A stretch of 64,000 nt of DNA from the NCBI RefSeq assembly GCF_001194135.2, contig NC_068996.1:52802234-52866233 (forward strand), given 5' to 3'. Below the pieces are notes generated by a model. The model was not told the origin of the DNA. It did no database searches and was given only the letters and a program-made list of their open reading frames with translations. Shown in pieces: positions 36,471 through 50,315 of this stretch. How positions within the stretch are numbered: the first letter of the stretch is position 1; each line of letters opens with the position of its first letter. The DNA comes from Octopus bimaculoides. Lineage: Eukaryota. A program made the position numbers and the translations under genes.

Positions 36471-37090
36471 CAGTGGTTCTCAACCAGGGTTTATATGACC
36501 CTTGGGGGGGGGGGCAGGAGTCCAAAGAAGATTTTGTTAAAGTTTGGTGCAATAGGTTGGTTATACTTCTACAATATGTGAAGGTGCATGGCTGTGGTTA
36601 GAGCATCAGGCTCACAATTGTGAGGTAGTGAGTTCGATTCCCAGACCGGACTGCATGTTATATTCTTGAGCAAGACACTTTATTTCATGTTGCTCCAATT
36701 CAACCATGTGTAGAAACGAGTTGCGACGTCACAGGTGCCAAGCTGTATCGGCCCCTTTGCCTTTCCTTTGGATAACACTGGTTGTGTAGAGAGGGGAGGC
36801 CGGTATGCATGGGCGATTGCCGGTCTTCCATGAAACAACCTTGCCCAGATTTGTGCATTGGAGGGGAATTTTCTAGGTGCAGTCCCATGATCATTCATGA
36901 CTGAAGGGAGTCTTTACCCTTTTTACTTCTACAACATACGAGATACTTTAACAATATTTTATACAATTCCTAATAAAATTTAATTATAAAAACAGGGTTT
37001 TTTAAGTAAGTGGCTATGGGGGGTCCATCTGAGTAAAACAAGAATCAAAAGGTCAATAAGCAAAAAAAAAAAAATGGCTGAGAACCACTG
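36471..37090. mobile_element. hAT-type MITE (TIR CAGTGGTTCTCAAC) with a nested SINE
   Basis: cagtggttctcaacc at 36471 and ggctgagaaccactg ending at 37090. No intact 8-bp TSD. Confidence 0.7.
36575..36923 (+). mobile_element. Full-length tRNA-derived SINE with 11-bp TSD
   Basis: TSD TACTTCTACAA at 36564-36574 and 36924-36934; tRNA-like head ggctgtggttagagcatcagg...gagttcgattccc; (ctttac)-type tail. Confidence 0.8.
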
Positions 37091-38484
37091 ATCTAAGTTG
37101 TAGGTCATCAGGTGGCCAGTTGGTTGCAAATGTTGAAGTCAATTGAATCACAAAACTCCAGTAGACTTGATCCTTTCTCATCCTTGTTACTGGAGTGCAG
37201 ATGTGGCTAAGAAGTTTGGGAGCTGTACCAGGCTCCATTATCTGTTTTTACAGCTTGATTCTCTTCCTAATGCCAACCACTTTACAGAGTGTACCAAGAG
37301 CTTTTCACATGGCAACAGCACCAGCGCAGTTTATGTGGCACCCTCATTGACAAGGTCACCAAGTACCTTGTAAGACAAGAAGAGGCAAAACCCCCTCAAC
37401 TGAAAGGGAGGGAACAGTATTAAGGGGTGTGGCTTTGTGCCAGTTGAAAGATTGAAAGTACAGAGATAGTGTCTTGCTGTAGATACATGGATATCCCAAT
37501 TGGAAAAGAAGAGACAGTGATAGAGAGGAGAGGATGATGAAGATGTGTTTGGACATGCCCCAGAGCAGTAATTCTTAATGTTGGGGAATACACTCCATTG
37601 GTGGGGGTCCCAATTTTTTTTTGGTTTTTTAGAGGGACATGGAATTGTGAAGATTCTTTTTCACAGCAAACACACTACACCAATACTCAGCCAAGCTAGA
37701 CCGATCTCTCCAGTCAAGTTTAGTATATGAAGACTGTTTGCTACAGCATAGCACTTTTTTTTTGTAATCAGTACTAAATGAAAGAGTTACTGGTAGATTA
37801 TTTTGTATTAAATAATTGTGATAAAATATAAAATTCTTTTTTTCCAACTACTAGTGCGGTATACATTTTTCTGGTAAGTTATAGTGGAGCTTGGAAGAAA
37901 ATAAGTTGGGAAACACAATCCTTGAGGGACATTGGAGTAGCGAGAATAGGTGAGGTGATATAGAGGTCTGGACTGGAGAGTGGGTAGGATAGACAATTTT
38001 CTAAGAGTAAAATCTTTGTCTATTAATGGTCCTATGTTTTGTTTTTTTTTTACCTCTCTCTCTCTCTTCTAAACATTTATCTGTCCTTAAGATTAAAACA
38101 ATTTGGAGTAGTTTTCAAGATACTGATAGCAAAATATTATCTAATCATCTGGCAAAAATTAGTTTTTAATGAAATATCATGGGATATATATCTGGTTGCT
38201 TGTAAAAGCTAGTTTTCTCTACTTTCATATCCAAAAGCCTTGGGAACATACTTTTTTCAGTGGAACCAGCACTTATTTTCATATCAAGAAAATAAACCAA
38301 CAATTCAATATATCATCTGCAGGATACATATGTGGCACTGACTTGAGCAAGAGAACTAAGCCACCAGACCATGGATCAAAGGGTACCAGGCTGCACAGAA
38401 AAAATACATTCCATTCCTATTTAATTTACTATTACAGCCTGCAGGGTATTTTTGCATTATATATACATGTAATTTAGCTTTCAT

Positions 38485-38780
38485 TTCCTGTTTCAGTCAA
38501 TAGGCTGCAGCCATGCTGGAGCACAACCTTGATGAATTCCAGTTGAATGAATAAACCCTGATACTTATTCTGATCTCTTTAGTCAAACCACTAAGTTACA
38601 GGGACATAAACACACCAAGAGTGGTTGGTGAGGGACAAATAGATACATACATGATTGCTTTCTTGCAATTTCCATCCACCAAATCCACTCAAGGCTGAGA
38701 CTATAGTTGAAGAAACTTGTCCAAGGTGCCATGCAGTGGGACTTAATCTGGATCATGTGATTAGGAAGCAAGCTTCTTTT
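38485..38780 (-). mobile_element. SINE pair (same composite as 26545-26920)
   Basis: tttcagtcaataggctgcagccatgctgg...caaatccactcaagg...aaggtgccatgcagtgggact. Confidence 0.65.
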
Positions 38781-39294
38781 TTTTTTTTACCACACCTGTG
38801 CTTATATATATAACTAAATTATACATGTGGTTCCCTGGTCAGTGGAATAATTTTCATGCATGAAACTGGTTCATGGACTTGGATTACTTTAATAACTTTT
38901 TATGAAATGGAAACAATGCAAAGTTAACCGTCATTTTTTTCTAATTTTATTTAATTAAACAGTATATTGCTGATGTGATGTACTAAATGTATGCATTTAT
39001 CACAGATATAGCATTTTGTACCATACTTCTTAATTAAGTTAGCATTACCAATTAATTCCTTTCAAAATGTTTTGTTAGTCTAACAGTAATATTAAGATTG
39101 TTAAAGGGTAGATAATCCAGTTGAATCAATACACATTTATGAAGTTTTAAAATTTCAACTATAAAGGAAAAAAAAAATCTTAGTTTTCATAAATGGAATG
39201 ATACACAAGCTTCAAATATAATTCAGAAACTATTTTATGGAATAATTTAGAGTTGCAATTTCACAGTATCATTCAGTTATTAAATTTATTTAAC

Positions 39295-39723
39295 ATTATT
39301 TACATTTGACGGATATTCGTCCTCATCTTGTTTGTTGTTAACACGTTTCGGCTGATATACCCTCCAGCCTTCGTCGGGTGTGTTGGGGAAATTTCGAACC
39401 TGGGTTCTCATTCCTAAGGTATTTTTAGATATTATGATTCAGATCACTGCTGAAATTGAACTCGGAATCTTGGGGTTAGTAGCCCGTGCTCTTAACCACT
39501 ACGCCATGTGCGTAGTGGTTAAGAGTGCAGGCTACTAACACCAAGATTCCGAGTTCAATTCCAGGCAGTGACCTGAATAATAACAACATTGAAAAATCCC
39601 TTAGGAATGAGAACCCAGGTTCGAAATTTCCCTAACACACCCGATGAAGGCTGGAGGGTATATCAGCCGAAACGTGTTAACAACAAACAAGATGAGGACG
39701 AATATCCGTCAAATGTAAATAAT
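39295..39723. repeat. 429-bp palindrome: head-to-head inverted duplication of a tRNA-headed element with a hammerhead-like motif
   Basis: Arms 39295-39504 and 39510-39723 with a 5-nt loop CATGT; the outer ~120 bp are almost perfectly complementary. Confidence 0.9.
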
Positions 39724-42186
39724 TCCTCATCTCTTAAATATAGAACTGAAATATATTTAAGTTTGAAAGCAATTTAGATACACAAGAATTTTTTGTAAAT
39801 ATAAAAGCTAGAAACATATAATAAAACAAACATTTATAATAAATCAAATAAACGAACACAAACTTTTATTACATTTCTTTTTATTCATGAACAACTACAA
39901 GTCATAAGTCTAAGATAACAAGTTAACTTGTGCATCATAACAGGGGTGCCCCCACTGAAATAGTTGGAAGGGAAAATAACTTAAAAACAACTAAAATGGA
40001 AAAACAAAACCCCATAAAAGTCAAACTTTTTCAAGCAAGGGACGTGTCCATCTGCATTGAGTTGTATGAGAGAATGTGTGTATCAGTGAGTGTAATGAGT
40101 GTGTTCGTCTGGCTATTAAGGAGACAGGCTATATTGTCCATATTTGGTCAAACTCACTCAACAATTGTATTTAGAAATACAGTAGCAGGACTGCCATTGT
40201 CCTTAACAGTAATAATAATCACCATATACATATGTACACACACACACGCACACACAGAACTGGTATTAATTTACTAAGGATATCTAAATGTTTATTTATA
40301 TATGTATGTACATATATGTATATATTTATACAGACACACACAAGCACTCACACACTCATACACACACATGAATAATAATATAATAATCTAATTTTGCCAA
40401 TATAAGGGCAGTAGAAAAAGGTCATGACAACAATCAATTTCAGTGACGGGCTTCCCATTCATTAGTGTAACTTTAACCTTTAAAATAATTCTCCCAAATT
40501 TACACTGTTTTCCAAGGGACCTCTAAATGAATACAGACAACATCCATCATACACTGTATAAGGCCCAAACAATAAAAAGAGAGGAAAAAATTAAAATGAG
40601 ATTAAAGGAGGAGAAATAAGCTTATATAAGTGAACATTAGGATAAATAGTCAAAACAAAATGTTAATGCTATGAATTAGATAACAATATTAATGGAATCT
40701 TTCAAATAAACAGAGGGCTACTGACTTGGAATGAAGTTATTTAAAAGACCCATTTCAAAATTAGTGACAACCAACAATCCTAACTCGGAAAAATGTTGGA
40801 GAACAACAAGAAAAATATATATATATTATATATATATATATAAACATAAAGGATTTTTTATTTTATTTTTTTTTCTGGTAATTTTCTCATACAAAACAAG
40901 ACTTGAATATTTATTACAGCGGCATATTTTTGATTTCAAGTTTTATTTTGTTGAGAATTGAAGAAAAAAAAAAAAAATAAACAACCCAGAAGTGAAATAT
41001 ACAGATGAATAAAAAAAAAAATAATAAAGGATAAAATGAAAATCAGATAAGAGATTTCAAATTGATTTTGCTGCTTATTTGGAGGGAGAGATTTGTGTAA
41101 TATCTGTGAGATTTCTGGGCAACAGCCAAAATGATAAAAGGGAAATTAAACTTTCTTTTGGAAAAAGGGAAACAAAGAAAGGCTCTGTTATAATAAAAAG
41201 GAACAGAGAAAGATAGATTAAATGAAGAGGAAGTGTGAATATAGCTTTCCTGCTGTATTAGGCATTAAGCAACCATCTTGGCTGATAGGTCTTTTCTCAC
41301 TATCTCCTCAAGCAGTGTTGACTTATTAAGAAATACTTAACATGTATGAAAGTGAAAAGGAAGCATTTAAAGGCTTCATTAGATGGTTTGGGTTTTTTTT
41401 TTTGTTGCTCTCTCTCTCTTTCTCTCTCTCGCTCTCTCTCTCATCAGTAATCTATAAGAGCTAAATAGATTTGGAAACTGATTATCTTTTATATAAAAGA
41501 TACAGAGCCCATTTGTTTTTCTCCAATATTTTTTTTTTCTTTTTTATTATTTTTTAAAATTTTCATAAAGGTAGTGAATTGCTTGATGAATTTAATCTGC
41601 ACCAGATTTCGGCTGAGAGCTGTACACATCTCACACCATCAACTGGTGTACTGAGTAGATCTGGTTCCCATTTCAGCAGCTTATAGAGTTAAACATTAAA
41701 AAGGAAGTCAGAGAGGATAATTAACAGAAGTTAATTGATAAATACAAATAAATAATCCAAGGCTCCTAAAAGAGTGTACTTTTCTTTCATAACAAGACAG
41801 GTAAGTTGGTTTGTGTAAGTAGACTAAACAAAAACACCAACCAAGTGCTGCCAGTAGGTCTTCCTCACATTCATATACAGATATACAAAGGGAAGGGGGA
41901 ATCATTGGTGGTTTTGGGTTTTTTTTTCTTTTTTTTTTTTTCGAGATTCAGATTGCATCATGAAGCATTGACACAAGCTACAGTTAGGAATTTGAAACAA
42001 TTTAAACAAATAAAAAATAATTGAAGAGAGATTTCATTCAAAATTTTATTTTCAAACAGCCTATAAAGTATATCTTAATAGTTCAGGATTTTTTTACGTT
42101 TTTAATTTTTAACCACAATTTTATTAAATTAAGAGGTATGGAAGCTGCTAGGAAATCCACCATACACTAATTTAAAGAGTTTACTT

Positions 42187-42218
<32 letters not shown>

Positions 42219-43959
42219 CTCTTATTTCATCATCAAAGTAAGAGAATACTATTTTAAGATTGTGTTGTACATCATGAACAAGTATTTTGAGCCATACTTG
42301 TGTAAATATCTAATTACACTGAAGAATAATTGCAACTGCCAAAAACAGGTAAGGACAAAAATAAAAGGGGGGAGGGGAATGAATAAGGGGAGGAGAGGGA
42401 AAAATTGACTTTACAGAAACTATTTACATGAAGGGAAAATTAATTTAGAAAATAAATTAATGGCAATAGCAGCACTATAAAACAATATTTATGTGGAAAT
42501 AAATAATGTTAGTGTCCAGGTTTATGACAGCACATTCATCATTGATTTAAATACATGAGCCAATAGATATCTAAGTTATTTCTTAAGCTATCAGAAAAGA
42601 ATTGGCTAAAATAATTTCAGTTATATGACTAATATGGAAAAATAACCCCATTTCAACCACATACACCAGCAGTGTTTACAAATTGCTGTGATAGATCATA
42701 TACTAACCAAATGAAATATTCAATATATATTTTTTAATGGTGATATTATAACTAACACACCATTTTTAAGTGGATTTTATTTTATACATAAATTATTTAT
42801 TTTATTTATTTTGTTTATTTTATGTTTTTTTTACAATTTTATTTATACAAATTTTCACAAACTATAATTAAATACATTAAAAGCCAGCTTAGTGGCTTCT
42901 CTTTACTATGTTGTGAGTGGGCATAGCATGGTTGTGCCAGAGAAATGTAAGGTATTAGGAGAGGATAGGTATCTGGAGAGCAAGGAGAAGGAATGCAGGC
43001 ATACATGCAGATAATGCACAGAAGTGTGAGAGAAAACAAAATGATGAGAGAAATAATGGAAAGACGACACATGCAGCAACATAGATACACCATAGAGTTC
43101 CTAAAACATTCACAGAAGGGGAGGGGCAGGGAGATCTCAGATAACAATTGCAAATTACATTAACATATCCATAATTATTATATTAGTAATACTTCTGAGA
43201 GTATAAACATAAGTATACATCTCTACAAAATTCATACACATTAACATATACACAATACATACACAAGCTAACACCCACACATACATACACACATTGAAGA
43301 GCAGAACAAATATATAAAGCCCACAAATGTGTACAGAGTATACACCCACCCTTACTACGTCCAGCCTTGACAAAAAAAACATTCATCCAACCATCTGACC
43401 CACCCTTCCCCCCACTCCCTACAAATCTACACTAAATATGTTGCTTTGGTCAAAAGAGTCCTGCTGCTGGAGCCAGATGCTTCACTTATTTTCATTCACT
43501 TGCCAAACTGAAATTTAAGAAAAGAGAAAAAAAAAGAAAACATCAATGTATGTGCACACATACATACATACATACATACACACACATATATATATATACA
43601 TATACATACACAAAATCAAAACATGCTATGTTAAAGCGTATTTTTAAAACTAGTTTCATGAATCAAATATACACACACACACGAGGTATAGGTAGTATTT
43701 GTGGACAATTATCAATACATTACTCTCTTCAAACCAATTAAAAGGATTTTCCTATGGCAGACAAAATACAAGAAATGAAAGTCATTATTGCCATGTGTGT
43801 ATGTGAGAAACAACATTTTATATGTTGCAAGATCTTTGGTATACAAAGTTCAGATGGAATTGGAAGCCCCTCATGAGAATGTTTAGGGGTCCCCCCTCCT
43901 TCTTTGATACACTTCATTCTCAATGAACTATCAGGAAACAGTAACTCATCCAACCTTAT

Positions 43960-44290
43960 TGATATGGATCCCAGAAAATCAATAAGGGCCATCACCAAAG
44001 AACTTCTGGTGTCAGAGTGGACATTCAATACAAGTCGTCTGTATTGAGGGGAGACCAATTCTGCAAAGACACAGAAACCCATTTGATCCATGCCAAGATT
44101 AAAACCCCTCCACAAACATGGCATGCTTTGGTTCATCAAGACCCAAAATCTAACAAGAGAAATGAGAGATGGCTATGTACAGATGCTTCTGATGTCCTCA
44201 GAGTTTGTAGAAATTGTGATGGCTTTAGGAATGGTGAGTAAAGAAGATCATATCATATCTTTCCACAGGGTCTCAGTGTTTTTATGATAA
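43960..44290 (+). mobile_element. Old maT-like transposase fossil
   Basis: DMDPRKSIRAITKELLVSEW; IQYKSSVLRGDQF; SNKRNERWLC; IVMALGMVSKEDH (cf. IMVFGVITSDGD at 30590). Confidence 0.55.
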
Positions 44291-45189
44291 TGTAACACCA
44301 AATTTGCTATGGACTGCTACGTCTGGTGTGTTGTTTAAAGGGAGACTAATCAACATTCTCACAATACACATTTGCACTCATATGACAAAGAGAATGTGAG
44401 AGAGACTGCAAGCAGACAGGAAAACATTCTACTATGTAAAATTGAATTTCTTTTAACTTACTTTTATCAAAATGCTACATAGCTAACTAAATATAAAACA
44501 TAGATTGCTCCAACCATAATTATGTATATTACAACATTTCAATGAAATCTATTAATTATTAAATTTATAAAGCATGTCCTTCAATCAAATACACATGGAA
44601 ACATTAAAATTCTTTTAAAATATTTTACATAGTAGCATTTATATCTTAGTAGAGTTAGAAAGAAGAAATAATAACATCTTTAATAGCAATAATTGAACAG
44701 TGATGGAGCAATTTTAACTTCATAACTTTGAAAGAAGTGGGTATTAAAGTTTAACAGTACAGGAAATTTAACCTTCTGTAATAACATTAAAAATATTAAG
44801 GTAAATAAAAATGTACACTATCAAAATGAAGCTTAAATGTTCAGACATTAATAAGCACCAAGGCACATTCTAATATGAGTGGTGCATGGCAGCACGGATA
44901 CAGCACCATACAGTTGAAATTCTGTTGTAGATGATTTTACACCTTCACGGAATCAATAAAACCAGTATTAAGAGTATACTGAAAGTTCCTCAACAATTTC
45001 CTTCTGCTATAAACCAATAAGTTTGTTTCAATGTGTATTGTAGCTTATTTTACAAAATTAATGTTTTGGTTTACTTGGAGATTTACATATTCTGAAGCCA
45101 CCACCAAAGTATTTCAAACCTATGCTTCAAAACCATTTAAACACCAAATTACTAATCTATTAGTAATCACAGATCTCAATACTGTATCA

Positions 45190-45227
<38 letters not shown>

Positions 45228-45752
45228 AGCTTAACAATCTAAAACTTTTCTTGAAATATTTTAACAAATATTTTGCAGAATCTTTCACTGCAAAACAATT
45301 CCTTACTACTTAAGGTCTGCATAATTCTCTTGTATATAGTGAACACTGTTTTAGCTGTTCAGTTACACTCTCTGATCACTTGCATTCAGTTAGTCCATCT
45401 TCACCATTCCATGCATCATGCTAAATTTACTCCTGCTGTTATACAATATCACATTCTGCACTCCTGTTTATCATTGTTACAAAAAGTAAAAGTGTCCACT
45501 AAATATATAGATTCCATAAAACTTACCAGGGTTCTCATATAAACAATTTTAGAACACTGAATTAAATGAAGGCTATGTTATTGTTAGGTAACTAGTCTCC
45601 AGAAGTAAGAGAAATAAATATTTGAAAATATGCACAAGTGCACAGAAATCACAATATATGTAAGTCCTGAAGAAATATCTGTACATTTCAAACTATATCA
45701 ATTACATAAATGTTTAAAATGAACCTGTTCTATCACATAACCCATTAGGATT

Positions 45753-45798
<46 letters not shown>

Positions 45799-46387
45799 AA
45801 AACATATCAGGAAAGAAACATACTCTAAAGAATAGAGAAATAATTGTTACAACAAAATTTTAATTCTGGTCATAGAGTTACCAAAAGTTTCGTATCTGCC
45901 AAAGTCAAAGCCTTGTGGACAGCTTGTCAGACTATACAAAAACGAATTTAAACTTTCTACCATGCGGACATGAGGAAACACTCAGATATCAAGATTTAAG
46001 GCCCAATGTATAAACATGTTAATGAGGATGAGTTGTCTTCTCTGGACCACATGATAAAACAACCCTTAGAGACCCAAAAAGGCCTTATCAGCAAACAGGG
46101 AGATCAGATTTTCCAGCAGACAGCGCCGCTTGAAGTGGACATGTTTAGAGTTTTTTTTGTCTTTGTATTGAGTCTGACGAGCTGTCCACAAGGCTTTGGC
46201 AACTATGACCAGAATTTATATATATATATATATATATATGGCAATATTTAACATCGAGATGTTAACAAAGACAGGAAATAGAATAAAAACAATTTGTTTT
46301 GCACAAGAAAAAAATTGTTGATGCAAAATAAATATTGGAATCAATATTTCCATGTACTCAACTGCAGATTACTAAATTTTAATTATT

Positions 46388-46815
46388 GTGGCTAGACACT
46401 ATTCAAAATCAAAAAGGAAATAATTCACCATCACTAAAAAGTGACCAAGGGTGCAGGGAACACCAGCATTGCTAGAAATAAGAGTCAAAGACTCTTTAGC
46501 CACAAAAGCATATGTTCTATGTACTGACAAGGGAGACAACCTCCATCCTTCAAGGGCATTAGATTGGCAAACCAATTTTGCATGAAAATTTAATGCTTAT
46601 CAGTAACACTCCGTTGTGGGTGATGAAGCTGAAATTTCAGCAGTCAGTATTTATAGCATTTACCATAGGAATCAGTGGCTGATCCAGCAAAATGGTAATG
46701 TGAAAATTATAAAATAACTAAGGTGGCTGGACACAATTTAAAACCAAAAAGGAAATAATTCACCATCACTAAAAAGTGACCAAGGGTTCAGGGAGCACTA
46801 GCATTGCTAGAAATA
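46388..46815. repeat. Two imperfect 93-bp direct repeats (46388-46480; 46723-46815)
   Basis: Both share the identical core caaaaaggaaataattcaccatcactaaaaagtgaccaagggt and end agcattgctagaaata. Confidence 0.9.
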
Positions 46816-48725
46816 TATGAAAAGGCATGATTCTCAAGCTTGTATGAGAAGCTGCTACATAAAAGCCATATCAGAATAGCTGATACAAAAACTCATTCAC
46901 TTTACTGTAGCACATCATGAACAATAGGATTTCAGTATTACCTGGAAAGCATTAAATGTACATAACTGTTTCTCCAATAAAAGATGGAAAATTTTGACTT
47001 TACAAAAAAAAGGCTTACTGTGTAAACCCCAACATTAGTAGTCCTACTGAAACAGTTCTATTACATGCAGGTAGTTAGCTGAAAAACTTAGATGCAATAC
47101 ACAAATCCTTCTTCTTAGTCCATACCGTGTCTCCATCTAGCCGACGATGAGCAGTGTCAAGGAGAATGATGAGAGGATGTGAGTGTTATATCACACGAGA
47201 CTGTGTATTTTGATGAAATTTACATACAGACCAAAGAGTGCAGATGAAAGAATGGATTTTCAAAGAAACTGCTACATGGTAACTCACACTGCCAAATCTT
47301 TATCCAGTTTTTAAACAGCAGTATATCAACAGTGACTGTACATTGCTCAGTATATATTAAATATACAAGATAGAAAGACTGCTTCAATACTGGACCAGAA
47401 ACACTGACATGCTTGTACTAAATAGCTCTTATTTCTTTAATTATATCATTTAAATATTTTGCATGAGGAAGCATGTTTAAATTGTTGCACTTGTCAGTAC
47501 TTCAACTATTTACAAGTAATTCTGGCATTGTTTTTGCTGACAGATCTTACTTTGTTTGAAATAAGGAGCTTTATCTCAATAACATTTTTAAAAACTCTAT
47601 AAAAAAAACTCACTACTACTTTTCCACTCAGTTATTCTGACTTAATTTCAAAATTTTGAATTAGCGGATACCAGAAGTCGTCACCAAACACCAGCTGATT
47701 TACAAAATTCAACATTATAATAACTTTGCCTACATTAACAGTAGCCGATGTAACAATTGTTATAATTTACATCTTATTTTTTCTAATGTATTCCACGAAA
47801 CACCATACATGATTAATCAATGTTACATATCATCTTTCTTTTCAAAATCAATATTCTTAGGAAATATCACTTTCTCCCATAAAGTCCTTATTAATGTAAT
47901 GTACCTTTACAATTTCCAAATAATTAATCTAAAGAGGACTCTTACATAAGAATTCCTTATTTACTTACTATGTATATAAGATATTTAACTCACTGAATTA
48001 TAGAATAAAAATTGTCAATTCACAACCCTTCAAATGTTAGAAAACTAACAAATACCTCACATGCACATATCATTTCTGTTTTTTAAAATTAGAAAAAAAA
48101 CTCCCATCTCAGTCATCATTTCACCTACAATCCCTAACTTTCACATGTCTGAAATAACTATTTTTAAATATTTGCTCTAGTTACTTCAATTGTAAACACA
48201 TTCCACTTTTAATTTACAAAATGCTTTTATTCTCAACACACCATACTAGTTTTAATAACAATTCTTCAGTTCTAAAACATTAAATCAAATTGTAATTAAT
48301 GAAGTATATTTGCATTTTGATACAATTATAAGTGATATAAAAAAAGATAAAGCAACACTGTTAAGAAACAATATGAAATAATATTTGAACCTCATAATTC
48401 TGAAAAACTGCATCATTATCCCAAATAAAAACTAATACTTGCACTGCTTTACCATTAAATTAGATTCTTAATGGAAATAGTAAATTGTATTTTGTTGGCT
48501 AAAGGCTTTATCTAAAGTAATAGTATAGATAATGATTTGAACAATCCTTAAAACTCAGTAAGATGATGAACTTTCATACACAATTCAAAAAATAAGACTG
48601 ACAAAAAGAAAAAACAAAAGAACTAAAAAAAACAACCCACATACACACAAGTATAAAATAATAAAATTGGACCATTAAAATAATTACAAAAATCACAACA
48701 TCAAAAGAATGAAAATAATCTACCA

Positions 48726-48751
48726 TTAGCCATATTTGTTGGCTACCCAGA
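48726..48751 (-). CDS. Syb: Synaptobrevin terminal coding exon ([V]WVANKYG*)
   Basis: Strong acceptor tttcatttctcttctctcatttgccatgcag|TC TGG GTA GCC AAC AAA TAT GGC TAA. With the phase-1 G from either TM exon it gives ...IIVWVA, matching the mollusc synaptobrevin/VAMP3 IIVW ending. Confidence 0.8.
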
Positions 48752-50094
48752 CTGCATGGCAAATGAGAGAAGAGAAATGAAAATAACTTTAGTATAAAAT
48801 CCGTCAAAGGATAAGATTAGTAAAAAGAAATTGGAATAAATTTAGTTCTATTACTGTTATTAATAATTATAATTAGGGAAATTCAATTAAATAAGCATTT
48901 AATTTTGAAGTCATATAGTAAATGTCTTTAAATCTTAAGTTGTGATTTTTGATTAAGTATTTGACTAAAATGAGAATTATGCAAATTGATGAATACAAAA
49001 CTGTAAAATGTTCAATTTTGAAGAAAATATATTAAACTATTATCAACTTTACAAGACCATAATCTAATAGTTTCCATTTGTAATGCAAAGCTATAAAACT
49101 TTAAGATGAATGAGAATATGAAGATACATATCGTGATGCATTCAAACAATGCTACATTTAAAATAACTTTACACAACATCTAAAAGAAAACACACACAAA
49201 CATACATAAATAGTATTCAAGAAGTGGACTTAGTGCACATTACACAACAAATTGAAATGCATGCACCATATTAAAAATCTGAAAAGGCTATTTTAAGAGG
49301 AATTATGTGAAAGTGTAAAGATAAATGATAAATTTAAAGAATTATGTATAATCCGATATTCTATAGTTCCCTAAAATTTAAATCTACAAGTTTTTCACCG
49401 ATTGTAAAATGTAGATTTCAAATTCTATCATTAGCGTTCGGCTTTGACAAGAAATATTTTAAATACATAGCATTTAAGTCGTTACTTATAAATTGAACAT
49501 AAAAGAATTAATGAATACACATTTTACAAATTAATGTTATGTATATATTTAGAATTCTTTTAAATTTTTAAATGTTCAGTTTGTATAGTAAAAGTGGTGT
49601 AATGAATTCATAAAAATAATTAGAAAGTAATTATGGATATAGATTTACTCAAAAGCCCAAAATATATCCTGTACCAGCCCATCTTTATAACTTTCCTGAA
49701 ATTATTTCTTGCAGCAATATAAACTATTCTGGCTTCACTTCAGATATACACCAACTGTTTACTATAACTGAACATAGCTACTTTTGTTTCAACAGGCACA
49801 AAAGCAGATTGCCAGATAACTAATGAGCTTTAAAAGATATTAGTGGTCCTATAGATGATGTTAAGAGTGCAAAACTCTCAGTACATATTCCTCTAGCATC
49901 TTTAAACTCTACAGATATTCATCCCAGAAGAAACAATATTTTAAAGATTTTTCAAACATGTAGATGCACATAGTTTCAACTTCAAATAAACTGAAATGAT
50001 TTACATTATGAGTTTCTTAAAGTTCTTTCATTTCAAGATAATTTGTACGGGAAATAAAGATAAGGTAGAAAGTACAATTAACATTAATATGTTT

Positions 50095-50315
50095 TGAGCG
50101 TGGCCGTTGCCAGTACCACCTGACTGACCCTTGTGCCAGTGGCACGTAAAAGCACCCACTACACTCTCGGAGTGGTTGGCATTAGGAAGGGCATCCAGCT
50201 GTAGAAACTCTGCCAAATCAGATTGGAGCCTGGTGTAGCCATCTGGTTTCACCAGTCCTCAGTCAAATCGTCCAACCCATGCTAGCATGGAAAGCGGACT
50301 TTAAACGATGATGAT
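50095..50315 (+). mobile_element. RTE 3'-tail copy (intronic)
   Basis: gtgccagtggcacgtaaaagcacccactacactctcggagtggttggcattaggaagggcatccagctgtag...aaacgatgatgat. Confidence 0.85.

Larger units (their letters stand above)
39850..48725 (-). other. Syb: Putative long 3' UTR of synaptobrevin (3' end uncertain)
   Basis: Follows the stop codon at 48726 and is almost free of the young SINE/RTE copies that fill 1-39.7 kb. Minus-strand AATAAA hexamers at ~39865-39885 are followed by a GU-rich tract. Earlier polyA signals cannot be excluded. Confidence 0.45.

Noticed and set aside
43440-44870. miR-9 and miR-124 seed matches in the putative 3' UTR
   Set aside because: A few 7-mers in ~9 kb are expected by chance and some fall in a transposon fossil; conservation data are needed.
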